This document shows, in pieces, positions 28,918-37,312 of a stretch of 55,378 nt of DNA. The translations under genes were made by a program, and so were the position numbers. The DNA is from Gemmatimonadales bacterium. GTDB taxonomy: Bacteria; Gemmatimonadota; Gemmatimonadetes; Gemmatimonadales; GWC2-71-9. Position 1 is the first letter of the stretch, and every line of letters begins with the position of its first letter. Under the pieces are notes generated by a model. The model was not told where the DNA came from. It saw only the letters and a program-made list of their open reading frames with translations, and searched no databases. The stretch lies in contig JANNSC010000087.1 in NCBI GenBank assembly GCA_031402135.1, forward strand, positions 1 through 55,378. The letters run 5' to 3'.

Positions 28918-30291
28918 GTGGTTTTGTTGGAACCCGTCCCCGACAATGTCGCCCAGTCCTCCCCACAAGGAGGCACCGGGCGGTGGCTGGCCATTGGCGG
29001 CCTCGCCGGCCTTGCCCTCGGGGTCCTCTCGGGCAGCTTGGCCGCTTCGATGCACGCCAGCAACACCGCCCCTTGGCTTCGTGGCGCCGACGCCCTCGTC
29101 CTGGCGTTTACCAACGCCTTTCGCCTCATCGTTCCCCCGCTCGTGGTGTCGCAACTTTACCTGGCGATTGCTGAACGGCCGGTGGACAAACAAGGCGCGG
29201 TGAAGCTGGGGTTCGTCGTGCCCGGGGTGTTCGTGGGTCTGCTCCTTTTCACGGCGCTGGTCACACTGCTGGTGACCCGGGGGTTGCTGGGTCTCCCGTG
29301 GCTTCAGGGACTTTCCCTCGCTAATACCCTTCCGGTCTCCCCCCTGGCTGGGGGGGTTGGGGTCCCTTTAGGGGGCGATTCCTCCTGGGTGAACGAGGTG
29401 GTTCCTCCGAACCTGGTCGGGGCAGCGGCCTCGGACAACATTCTCCCGCTCATGCTGTTCACCCTCGCCTTTGCGCTTGCGGCACGGCGCTTGGCCCCGG
29501 AACTACAGGGCGCCCTCGGGCGCGGGTTTGCTGCCGTCCGGGGTGCCACCTTCGTGTTGGTCGACTGGGTGATGCAGCTGGCGCCGATCGTGCTCTTCGC
29601 CCTCGCTTTTCGGTCTGCGTTCGACTCCGGCTTCACCATCGGCGGGGTGCTCCTGGCCTATACGGTTCTCGCGCTCATAGTCCACGCCGTCGCTACCCTC
29701 GCGCTCTATCCGGTCGGCGTGCTGATCGGCCGGGTCCCGCTGGGCACCCTGGCGCGGGCTGCCTACGGGCCGCAGCTCATCGCCGCGACCACGCGCTCCT
29801 CGCTGGCCACGATTCCTTCGCTCCTTGTGGCTGCCGAGAATGTGCTCCGGATCCCTTCGGCGATCGGTGCGCTGGTGATCCCGATCGGAGGCGCAACCCT
29901 CAAGCTGTCCCGTGCGGTGTCGTCCCCCGCGAAGTTCCTCTTCCTCGCCCAGGTTTTGGGGTTGCACCTGGGGCTCGAACAGGTCGTGGTCTTTACCGCT
30001 ACGATCATCCTCCTCAGCCCCTCGACCGCCGGGGTACCGCGCGTCATGGGCGGCACCCGCAGCCTTCCGGCATACGTCAGCGCGGGCATTCCGCCGCAGT
30101 ACGTGATCCTGCTCAGCGCCACCAATGCGATCACCGACTTCCTCATGACCGTGCTCAACACCACGGGCTATCTTATCGCCGCGGTGCTGGTGGGGCGCCT
30201 TGCCCCGGGGTCGATCCCCGCCCCGGCGACCGACCCGGTGATAGGGGACCAGGCGCGCCACCGGGCCGCGGCCGACATGGCGCACCAGTAG
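28918..30291 (+). CDS. dicarboxylate/amino acid:cation symporter (DAACS/GltP) family transporter, divergent
   Basis: 457 aa polytopic membrane protein. RSSLATIPS resembles the serine-rich HP1 loop (SSxATxP) and IPIGGATLKLS resembles the HP2 region of the glutamate transporter fold. GTG start preceded by AAGGAGA. Confidence 0.7.
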   Translation: MVLLEPVPDNVAQSSPQGGTGRWLAIGGLAGLALGVLSGSLAASMHASNTAPWLRGADALVLAFTNAFRLIVPPLVVSQLYLAIAERPVDKQGAVKLGFVVPGVFVGLLLFTALVTLLVTRGLLGLPWLQGLSLANTLPVSPLAGGVGVPLGGDSSWVNEVVPPNLVGAAASDNILPLMLFTLAFALAARRLAPELQGALGRGFAAVRGATFVLVDWVMQLAPIVLFALAFRSAFDSGFTIGGVLLAYTVLALIVHAVATLALYPVGVLIGRVPLGTLARAAYGPQLIAATTRSSLATIPSLLVAAENVLRIPSAIGALVIPIGGATLKLSRAVSSPAKFLFLAQVLGLHLGLEQVVVFTATIILLSPSTAGVPRVMGGTRSLPAYVSAGIPPQYVILLSATNAITDFLMTVLNTTGYLIAAVLVGRLAPGSIPAPATDPVIGDQARHRAAADMAHQ

Positions 30292-30326
30292 CCGGTGCCA
30301 CTCACGAGGCGAGGGAGCGGCTGACA

Positions 30327-31400
30327 ATGATTTCGTTCTGGGGGGTCGACACCGGCCTCTTTGGGATCACGAATTACCTCGCCGACCGGGGCGCTCCGAT
30401 CCGCGAGCAGTTCGCGATTCGGCCCTACAGTGGGATGCAGGCAACGATGGCGGTCGGGAGCGGCGCCCACATCTTTGCTGCGCTTGATCAGCTCACGCCG
30501 GCGGGACGGGAAGCCGTCGGGGTGATCTACGACCAGTTGGCGGCCCAGCAGCCGGGGGTGTCGCTTCTCAACGATCCGAGACGAACCCTGTTGCGCGAGG
30601 TGTTGCTCACCGGGCTTGCCGATGCGGGCATCAACCGCTTTCGAGTCTACCGCGGCGAGACCCCGGAAGCGGTCGGGAGGTTTCCGGTGTTCGTGCGGGA
30701 AGCGTCCGGCCACTCCGGCAACCTGACTGGGCTGCTCGACTCGCCTCGCACCCTTCGCCGCGCGCTCCGCGCGCTCCGGGTGCGGGGTCATCACCCGGCC
30801 AATCTGCTCCTGGTGGAATATTGCCACACCGCCGACAGGGAAGGCTTGTTTCGAAAGTATGCGGCGTTCAAGGTCGGCCCGGCGATCATCCCCTGTCATT
30901 TGCTGGTCGGCCAACAGTGGATGCTGAAAGCGTCGAGCGACACCAAGACGATGGAGCATGCTCGAGAAGAACTGGCGTACGTCACCGGGCACCCGCACGC
31001 GGCGTGGCTCAAGCAGGTGTTCGACCTCGCCGGCGCCGGTTACGGACGCATCGATTACGGGGTCCAGGACGGCGTGCTCCAGGTCTGGGAAATCAACCTG
31101 GACCCGACCATCGGCCGGCAGCCCGGGGCACCGCGCCGTTACGTTGACCCTGAGGTCGCCCCGGTGCGGGAGGAGTCGCGAGCAATCTTTCACAGCCAGC
31201 TGCGTAAGGCCTTCCTCGCGCTGGGACCGCCGGGGGCGTCGGAGACATTCCACGTCGAGTTGGAGCCATCCCTTCTCGCGCGCATCGCGCGGGAATCGGC
31301 CCGGATCCGGCGCCGCCAGGCCGTGGTCGAATTCCTGGCGAACGCGTACGCCCGGTTTCATCTGCAGTCGGTTCTGCGCCGCTTCTTTCCCCGCCGGTAG
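30327..31400 (+). CDS. hypothetical protein, ATP-grasp-like
   Basis: 357 aa with good GC3 bias, unlike the antisense 397-aa ORF. FPVFVREASGHSG, LLLVEY and YGRIDYGVQDGVLQVWEINLDP resemble the ATP-grasp phosphate-loop, hinge and Mg-binding segments. This is an assignment by eye only. Confidence 0.55.
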   Translation: MISFWGVDTGLFGITNYLADRGAPIREQFAIRPYSGMQATMAVGSGAHIFAALDQLTPAGREAVGVIYDQLAAQQPGVSLLNDPRRTLLREVLLTGLADAGINRFRVYRGETPEAVGRFPVFVREASGHSGNLTGLLDSPRTLRRALRALRVRGHHPANLLLVEYCHTADREGLFRKYAAFKVGPAIIPCHLLVGQQWMLKASSDTKTMEHAREELAYVTGHPHAAWLKQVFDLAGAGYGRIDYGVQDGVLQVWEINLDPTIGRQPGAPRRYVDPEVAPVREESRAIFHSQLRKAFLALGPPGASETFHVELEPSLLARIARESARIRRRQAVVEFLANAYARFHLQSVLRRFFPRR

Positions 31401-31445
31401 TCTTCACCCTGTCCCGGAGCGCCGGGCCGGTCTATTTTTGGGGTA

Positions 31446-31823
31446 CGGGTCGGACGGGTTGGTCGCGGTGGGGTGAAAGCCCCATCGAGGAAAGTCCGAG
31501 CTCCACAGGGCAGACTGCCAGGTAACGCCAGGGCGCCGAAAGGCGACGGAGAGGGCCACAGAAAACAAACCGCCCTGCGCAAGCGGGGTAAGGGTGAAAT
31601 GGTGGGGTAAGAGCCCACCGCGCTCCTGGTAACAGCGAGCGGCACGGCAACCCCCAGTCGGAGCAAGGCCAAATAGGCGGCGAGGTGCGGCCCGCACCGA
31701 AAGCACCGGCAACGGTGAGCCGCGGGTAGGCTGCTCGAGGTGGCCGGCGACGGCCATCCCAGACAGATGACCAGCTCCGGCGTGCAAGCGCCGGAAACAG
31801 AACTCGGCTTACGGTCTGACCCG
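31446..31823 (+). ncRNA. rnpB: RNase P RNA, bacterial type A
   Basis: Universally conserved elements are present: GAGGAAAGTCCGAGCTCCACAGGGCA (P4 5' strand/CR-I), CAGGTAACGCC, ACAGAAAACA, GGGTAAGGGTGAAA, GCAAGGCCAAATAGG and ACAGAACTCGGCTTAC (P4 3' strand/CR-V). P1 pairs 31446-31455 (CGGGTCGGAC) with 31814-31823 (GTCTGACCCG). Ends are accurate to a few nt. Confidence 0.93.
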
Positions 31824-31825
31824 TG

Positions 31826-31860
31826 CCCCCGGCTCCCGCAAGGGAAGCCGGGGGTTTTGT
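31826..31860 (+). terminator. intrinsic terminator of rnpB
   Basis: CCCCCGGCTCCC-gcaa-GGGAAGCCGGGGG followed by TTTTGT, immediately after P1 of rnpB. Confidence 0.8.
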
Positions 31861-31920
31861 CGTTAACTTTGAGGCCCGACGGTCGGCACCAGCCGGCCAC
31901 GACTTTCACTCGAGGTTTCC

Positions 31921-32715
31921 ATGTTCTTGCACGCCACCGTTCTTCTGGCGCTGGCCCTTGGTGCCGGGGCGGGTCCTGGGGCGCCGCGCGCCGCAAGCGC
32001 CACGAAGTACCACCTTGCCGCGGTATCAGAGAACACCCTGGATCTCAGTGGTGTGGGCGGGCCCACCCAGGTGACCAACCAAACCCTGGACGCCTGGATC
32101 ACAATGACCCTGACCGACAGCGCCGGAGGGCGGGTGGTCCATGTGGTTGTGGACTCGGCCAGGGTTGTGACCGACAACCCTCAGGCCGTCCCGGGAGAGC
32201 AGGAGGCCGCCAAAGGCGCCGTGATCCACGGCTTCCAGGATCCGGCCGGCCGGGTCAAGAATCTGACCTCCAGTCTCAAGGCCAACACGGTGGTTGCCTC
32301 GATACAAGGGGCGCTGAACGGCCTGTTTCCCCGGGTTAGGGCCAACGCCAAGGCGGGGGACCGGTGGGTCGATACCACCGAGGTGGCCAATCCGGGCGAG
32401 GGAAACAACACCACCGCCACGCTGATTACTGCCTACAACGCCGGGGCGGCCGAGTCGGTTGAAGGCGCTCCGGGAATCCGAGTCGACGCCACGTCCACCG
32501 CCACGGTCGGCGGCAGCCTCAGCAACCCACAGGCGGGCACGATAGAGGTCGCGGGTGTGGGGACCGGAACTGGAACGTTCGTAGTGGGCCGGGATGGTCG
32601 GCTTCTCGGCGGCAAGGTCAATTCGTCACAAGAGCTGAAGCTCACGGTTGCGATGGCGCCAGCCCCCCTCCCCTTGAAGGTGGTCCAGTCGCTCGTTGTG
32701 ACGCTGCTCAAGTGA
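31921..32715 (+). CDS. hypothetical secreted protein
   Basis: 264 aa with signal peptide MFLHATVLLALALGAGAG. Good coding bias. Thr/Gly/Val-rich and predicted all-beta. No family recognised. Confidence 0.65.
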   Translation: MFLHATVLLALALGAGAGPGAPRAASATKYHLAAVSENTLDLSGVGGPTQVTNQTLDAWITMTLTDSAGGRVVHVVVDSARVVTDNPQAVPGEQEAAKGAVIHGFQDPAGRVKNLTSSLKANTVVASIQGALNGLFPRVRANAKAGDRWVDTTEVANPGEGNNTTATLITAYNAGAAESVEGAPGIRVDATSTATVGGSLSNPQAGTIEVAGVGTGTGTFVVGRDGRLLGGKVNSSQELKLTVAMAPAPLPLKVVQSLVVTLLK

Positions 32716-33560
32716 AACCCGGCGCCGTCCTTCTCGCCGGCGCTGCCCTGCTCGGGTGCGGCGCCGGCCGAAGGGCCGCGGCGCCAGCGGCGCCGGCCGT
32801 GGCGCCTTCCCGGGTGCCGGTGTCGGCGGCGTATGCCCCGCTGCACCACCGGGTGCAGGCTCCGCTGGTCTACGAAATTGCCCGATTCGACAGCCTCTAT
32901 TACGAGCCCCAAGGAAACGAAACGGCCCAGGTCTCGGACAAGACAGGGCTCCTGCTGATTCGTCCCGGTTCAGGCCGGGAAGGGGCGCAGCTTGAAATAG
33001 TTCTCCAGACAATTGCCGCGGGGCCGGGGACCCGCCTGGCGGTGTCTTCGTTGGATAGCGCGGCCGGGGCACGTTGGTGGCTCAGCTTGGGCCCATCCGG
33101 CCCGGAAGGGGCGCCGACCGGTGAACCGGCCAGCGTGTTGGCAGAGCAGATGTTGGTGATTGGTGGGTTGTTGTTCCCACAACTACCACAAGGGGGCGTC
33201 AAGCCTGGCGACACCTGGTCCGATTCGGCAAGCTACCGGGTGCGGGTCGACACATTTGATGCGGTGGAGTCGGCGGCACGAACCAGTGGGGCCAAACCGG
33301 CGGTCGGCGGAGTTCGGGTCGAGGCCGCCGAACGGTTGGGCCGGAGCGGGGGCACCTCCCAGGGCGGACAATCGATGTCGCTCTCCGGCAGTGGGGCACG
33401 TTGGCTCAGCTACGATTTTGCGGCCCAGGGCTTTGTGACCTCCCTCGCGGCGCGTGATTCACTCGACCTGCGGGTTCGAGTGGAAGCCACCGGGCAGATT
33501 ATTCCGGTGCGGTGGCGGTCAACTCTCACCGCCAGGCTTCGTGGCGCACCGCCTCGATAA
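32712..33560 (+). CDS. hypothetical lipoprotein (possible paralogue of the preceding gene)
   Basis: 282 aa. The GTG start overlaps the upstream stop (GTGA). Lipobox-like AALLGC. It shares a central GD(R/T)W(V/S)D motif and similar length and composition with the preceding protein. Confidence 0.65.
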   Translation: MKPGAVLLAGAALLGCGAGRRAAAPAAPAVAPSRVPVSAAYAPLHHRVQAPLVYEIARFDSLYYEPQGNETAQVSDKTGLLLIRPGSGREGAQLEIVLQTIAAGPGTRLAVSSLDSAAGARWWLSLGPSGPEGAPTGEPASVLAEQMLVIGGLLFPQLPQGGVKPGDTWSDSASYRVRVDTFDAVESAARTSGAKPAVGGVRVEAAERLGRSGGTSQGGQSMSLSGSGARWLSYDFAAQGFVTSLAARDSLDLRVRVEATGQIIPVRWRSTLTARLRGAPPR

Positions 33561-34404
33561 GGCCCCGCACCCGCGGGGCCGTCGCCGCACTCCACTTCGC
33601 GTCCTTTCACGCGTCCTGCTGCTTCTGGGCGCCTGCGTTGTACTCTGGGTGTGGTTGGTGTGGCCGCCGCCGGCGTGGTATGTGTGGGCTTGGCCACAAT
33701 CGACGTCCTTCATGTCGCTCCGGAGGAGTGAGGAGCACGCCGCTATTGATCGTGGAGAGCGGCGGGGGCCGCCACCGCAGCGCCTCTACCAGCCGGTGCC
33801 AATGGCGCGGGTTTCGGCGGTCATGCGAGAGGCGGTGCTGGTGGCGGAGGACCATCGCTTCTACGAGCACAACGGTATCGACTACATCGAGTTCCGTCAT
33901 GCGCTGGGATACCGGCCCGACGATTTTGAGTGGGGCAGCGGTCGGCACCGGGCCGAGCTGTGGAGGGCCCTCCGCAAGCTGTCCACCGGGGCCGTCCAAA
34001 TGCGCGGGGCGAGCACCATCACCCAGCAACTGGCCAAAAACCTCTATCTGTCGCCCTCCCGCAATCCGTTTCGAAAGGTCAAGGAGGCGGTCACGGCGTG
34101 GCGGCTGGAGTATTGGCTGGGGAAGCACCGGATCCTGGAGCTCTATCTGAATGTGGTGGAACTGGGCCCGGAGGTCTGGGGCGTGGAGGCCGCATCCCGG
34201 AAATATTTTGGGCATTCGGCCCGAACGCTGTCGCTCGAGGAGGCCGCCGCGCTGGCGGGTACGCTGCCGTTTCCGCTGCGCTCGAATCCAGGCTTTCGGC
34301 CGGGGCGGATGGTGTGGCGCAAGCAGATGATTGTGCGGCGAATTCGGGGAGAAAAATTCGAGATCCCTGCCGACACTCCAGATTCAATCCCTGATCAGGA
34401 GTAG
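33541..34404 (+). CDS. mtgA: monofunctional peptidoglycan glycosyltransferase (GT51)
   Basis: EDHRFYEHNGID, GASTITQQLAKN and RKVKEA motifs of GT51, plus an N-terminal TM anchor (VLLLLGACVVLWVWLVW). The start is tentatively GTG 33541; the track ORF opens at 33454. Confidence 0.88.
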   Translation: MAHRLDKAPHPRGRRRTPLRVLSRVLLLLGACVVLWVWLVWPPPAWYVWAWPQSTSFMSLRRSEEHAAIDRGERRGPPPQRLYQPVPMARVSAVMREAVLVAEDHRFYEHNGIDYIEFRHALGYRPDDFEWGSGRHRAELWRALRKLSTGAVQMRGASTITQQLAKNLYLSPSRNPFRKVKEAVTAWRLEYWLGKHRILELYLNVVELGPEVWGVEAASRKYFGHSARTLSLEEAAALAGTLPFPLRSNPGFRPGRMVWRKQMIVRRIRGEKFEIPADTPDSIPDQE

Positions 34405-34407
34405 GAT

Positions 34408-34440
34408 CGGGGCAGGGAACCACCTCGGGTTTCTGCCCCG
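34408..34440. terminator. hairpin between convergent mtgA and dnaN (possible bidirectional terminator)
   Basis: CGGGGCAG, a 17-nt loop, then CTGCCCCG. There is no clear U-tract on either side. Confidence 0.3.
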
Positions 34441-34454
34441 CTGACTCCCGAGAC

Positions 34455-35567
34455 TCAATCGACCAGCCGAAGCGGCATGACCAGGGTCATGAAACTCGCG
34501 GGATCGTCCCAACCGACTGGCTCACAGGTGGCGGCGCGCTCCGGTGCCTTGAAGGTCATGCGGACTTCGTCGGTCGGCATGTATTTCAGGATTTCAAGCA
34601 TGTACGCTGCATTGAAGCCGATTTCGAGCGAATCCCCCTCGTAGGCGATCGCCAGCTCTTCCTGTGCCTCGCCCAAGTCCGGGGTCTGCACCGACATTTT
34701 GCAGGCCCCATTGGTGAACGCCATCCGGATCCGGTGGGTCTGGTCGCTGGCGACGATGCTCATCCGGCGGAGGGCGGCGGCGAGGGCCGCCTTGTCCACG
34801 GTAAGGCTCTTGTCGTTTTCGCGGGGAATGACCTGCTCGTAATTGGGGTAGGGCCCCTCGATGAGCCGGGTGTAGATCTGAGTTGTGGTCGAGCGAAACC
34901 CGAGGTGGTTGTCGCTCTTCCCGATTTCGATCTCGTCTTCGCTGTCGAACAGTTTCCGGATTTGCTCGAGCGCCTTGGGGGGAATGATCAGGTCTGCCTG
35001 TCCGCCACCCTGGCCGCTGGTGGGGACGTCCATCCGGGCCAAGCGGTGCCCGTTGGTGGCCACCATTCGCATCCGGTCGGCCCGAAGCTCCCAGAGGACC
35101 CCGTTCAGGATCGGGCGACTCTCCTCGGTGCTCGCGGCGAAAGCAACGTGACCGATGAGCTTTTGGAGCTCTTTGGCGGCAACCTTCCAGCCTCCCTCGA
35201 ACTTGACCGTTGGGAAGGCGGGAAACTCGTCACGGGAGAGTCCCAGGAGCTTGAACTTCGACTTGCCGCATTCGATGGTGGCCCGCTGCTCGCCGGAGCT
35301 GCTTACCCGGATTGCCGCGTTGGGCAGCTCCCGGACAATTTCGACCAATTTCCGGGCCGGCAGCGTGGTGGCTCCCTCCTGATCCACCGAAGCTGGAATG
35401 GTGGTGCTCACCGAAATGTCCAGGTCGGTTCCGGACAACCGCAACCCGTCCTTGGACGCCTCCACCAGGATATTGGCCAGCACGGGAAGTGTGGTCTTGG
35501 TGGGGACGCTGGCAGCGACGTCCTGGAGACCTTCGTGGAGTTTTTCCCGCGTGATGGTGAACTTCAT
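34455..35567 (-). CDS. dnaN: DNA polymerase III beta sliding clamp
   Basis: 370 aa with typical DnaN sequence from MKFTITREKL... to the C-terminal ...LVMPLRL, located directly downstream of dnaA. ATG preceded by GGGGAG. Confidence 0.97.
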   Translation of the reverse strand: MKFTITREKLHEGLQDVAASVPTKTTLPVLANILVEASKDGLRLSGTDLDISVSTTIPASVDQEGATTLPARKLVEIVRELPNAAIRVSSSGEQRATIECGKSKFKLLGLSRDEFPAFPTVKFEGGWKVAAKELQKLIGHVAFAASTEESRPILNGVLWELRADRMRMVATNGHRLARMDVPTSGQGGGQADLIIPPKALEQIRKLFDSEDEIEIGKSDNHLGFRSTTTQIYTRLIEGPYPNYEQVIPRENDKSLTVDKAALAAALRRMSIVASDQTHRIRMAFTNGACKMSVQTPDLGEAQEELAIAYEGDSLEIGFNAAYMLEILKYMPTDEVRMTFKAPERAATCEPVGWDDPASFMTLVMPLRLVD

Positions 35568-35789
35568 CCGAGCACTCCCCGCAGAGCCATAAAGAAGAAG
35601 CTACTAATAGATAGTTATACCTAGTAGTCGTAGTAGAGGGTCTGGAAATGTGGAAGCGACGGGCAACTGTCGATTCCACGCCCCACTAGACAACTTCGGC
35701 AACGTGGACACCGTGTTGGTGATGGGGAACACTGTGCCCAACGGTACAGACTTTCCCGGCTTTCCACAGCGCCGCATGCACCGAAACGA
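35568..35789. other. dnaA-dnaN spacer: candidate oriC segment with AT-rich block
   Basis: Positions 35591-35636 are about 33% G+C by my count (15/46) in a ~66% background. The block contains CTACTA (35601-06) / TAGTAG (35622-27) inverted repeats and TAGTAG-tcg-TAGTAG. Degenerate DnaA-box-like 9-mers occur at 35649-57 and 35760-68 (CTTTCCACA). Confidence 0.35.
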
Positions 35790-37178
35790 TTACGGTGCGT
35801 ACAACTCCTGCCGAGCCGACTCAACCCGTTCCCGGAACTGGCGATCGCGCTGCAGCTGTCTCTGCACCTTGTCCACACTGTGAATCACGGTGGAATGGTC
35901 GCGACCACCAAAAGCTTGCCCGATTTCCACCAGCTGCATCTGCAAGACCTCGCGTGCGAGGTACATGGCGATTTGGCGGGGCACGGTGAGCGTCTTGATT
36001 CGAGCCTTGGAACGAAGTCCTTCGGGCGTCACGCCCCAGCGGCGCGCCACGACGTCCTGCACTTTGTCGATGGACGGGTTGAGCTTGGGGCGGGAGCTCT
36101 GAGCCTCCTGCCCGGGGCGGATCTTGTCGGCCAGGGCTTCCCGGGCCAGGTCGATGGTGATCTCCCGGTGCCGCAGCGACGCGTAGAGGAGCAGCTTGAT
36201 GATGCATCCTTCGAGTTCCCGGACGTTCGAGTGCACGTATTCCGCGATGAAACTCAACACGTCATCGGGAATGGTGGTTTCGAGGTGATCCTGCTCCTGC
36301 TTCTTCCGCAGGATGGCAATCCGGTGCTCCAGGTCTGGCTGCCCGACGTCGGCCACCATTCCCCACTCGAAGCGGCTCACCAGCCGCGCCTCCAGACCGG
36401 GCATTTCCTTGGGCGGCCGGTCTGAAGTGATGACGATCTGCTTTTTGGCTTCGTAGAGGGTGTTAAAGGTGTGGAAGAACTCCTCCTGGGTGGCCTCCTT
36501 GCCCTCCAGGAAGTGCACGTCATCCACCAGGAAGAGGTCCACGTCGTTCCGGTACCGGCGCCGCAACTCGGGCATGGTACGAGAGTGAATGCTCTCGATC
36601 ACTTCGTTGATGAATTGCTCGGCGCCGACGTAGAGCACCCGAATTGAGGGGCTGCGCCGGACCACGATGTGGCCAATGGCCTGCATCAGGTGGGTCTTGC
36701 CGAGCCCGGTGGCGCCGTAGATGAAGAGGGGGTTGTAGAGCTTGCCAGGCGCTTCGGCGACGGCGTGGGCGGCGGCCGCAGCAAGTTCGTTGGACTTGCC
36801 AATGACAAAATTAGTGAAGGTGTACCGCTCGTTCAGCGGCTGAGTGGAGGCGTTGGGGACTCCGGGCGTGCCCGCCAGGGGGTGAGGCGGCGCGACGAAG
36901 AAATCCATCTGCGGCCGCGCGAGGCGTTCTTCATCAACCCGGAACACCACCGACACCGGCCGACCGAGCGCTCGCTCCGCGAGGCGGGCAAACATCGTGG
37001 CGTTCTTTGCTTCGTTCCACTGGACGGCAAACTGGTCGGGCACCTCGAGCACCAAACGGTCGTTTTCGAGTGCAACCGGTTTGGCAGGCTCGACCCACGC
37101 CTTAAAATCCTTTTCCGGGACTTCGCGCTGGGCGTCGTCCAGAATGCGGGTCCAAGCGTCTTTGAGCGACAGCTGCAT
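35790..37178 (-). CDS. dnaA: chromosomal replication initiator protein DnaA
   Basis: 462 aa with Walker A GATGLGKTHL, box VII/sensor regions and the C-terminal DNA-binding domain (GGRDHSTVIHSVDKV). Confidence 0.98.
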   Translation of the reverse strand: MQLSLKDAWTRILDDAQREVPEKDFKAWVEPAKPVALENDRLVLEVPDQFAVQWNEAKNATMFARLAERALGRPVSVVFRVDEERLARPQMDFFVAPPHPLAGTPGVPNASTQPLNERYTFTNFVIGKSNELAAAAAHAVAEAPGKLYNPLFIYGATGLGKTHLMQAIGHIVVRRSPSIRVLYVGAEQFINEVIESIHSRTMPELRRRYRNDVDLFLVDDVHFLEGKEATQEEFFHTFNTLYEAKKQIVITSDRPPKEMPGLEARLVSRFEWGMVADVGQPDLEHRIAILRKKQEQDHLETTIPDDVLSFIAEYVHSNVRELEGCIIKLLLYASLRHREITIDLAREALADKIRPGQEAQSSRPKLNPSIDKVQDVVARRWGVTPEGLRSKARIKTLTVPRQIAMYLAREVLQMQLVEIGQAFGGRDHSTVIHSVDKVQRQLQRDRQFRERVESARQELYAP

Positions 37179-37241
37179 GCCTATTTTATCAGTCTGATCG
37201 CGTTGGGGATGTTGTTGGGGGAGGCGAAGCTACGGCGCCGT

Positions 37242-37250
37242 TGTGGAAAA
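37242..37250 (-). promoter_or_regulatory. DnaA box upstream of dnaA
   Basis: TGTGGAAAA has reverse complement TTTTCCACA. This fits the relaxed consensus TTWTNCACA 9/9 and TTATCCACA 8/9, and lies about 65 nt upstream of the dnaA ATG. Confidence 0.45.
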
Positions 37251-37312
37251 GTCAACCTTGACCGACGGGGTTCTGGCGACTAAATTTTCGGGCTCACTGG
37301 ATCACAGGGAAT

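Noticed and set aside
35623-35636. A 14-mer AGTAGTCGTAGTAG is shared between the dnaA-dnaN spacer and the DUF2268-like gene (41801-41814).
   Set aside because: A single 14-nt match is within chance expectation for all-against-all comparison of a 55-kb window on both strands. The second copy encodes GGYYDYW in frame.
35868-35886. Good DnaA-box matches TTGTCCACA (35868-35876) and TGTGAATCA (35878-35886).
   Set aside because: They lie inside the dnaA coding region (conserved HSVDKV segment of domain IV), so they are more likely a by-product of coding sequence than origin elements. They are mentioned only as context.
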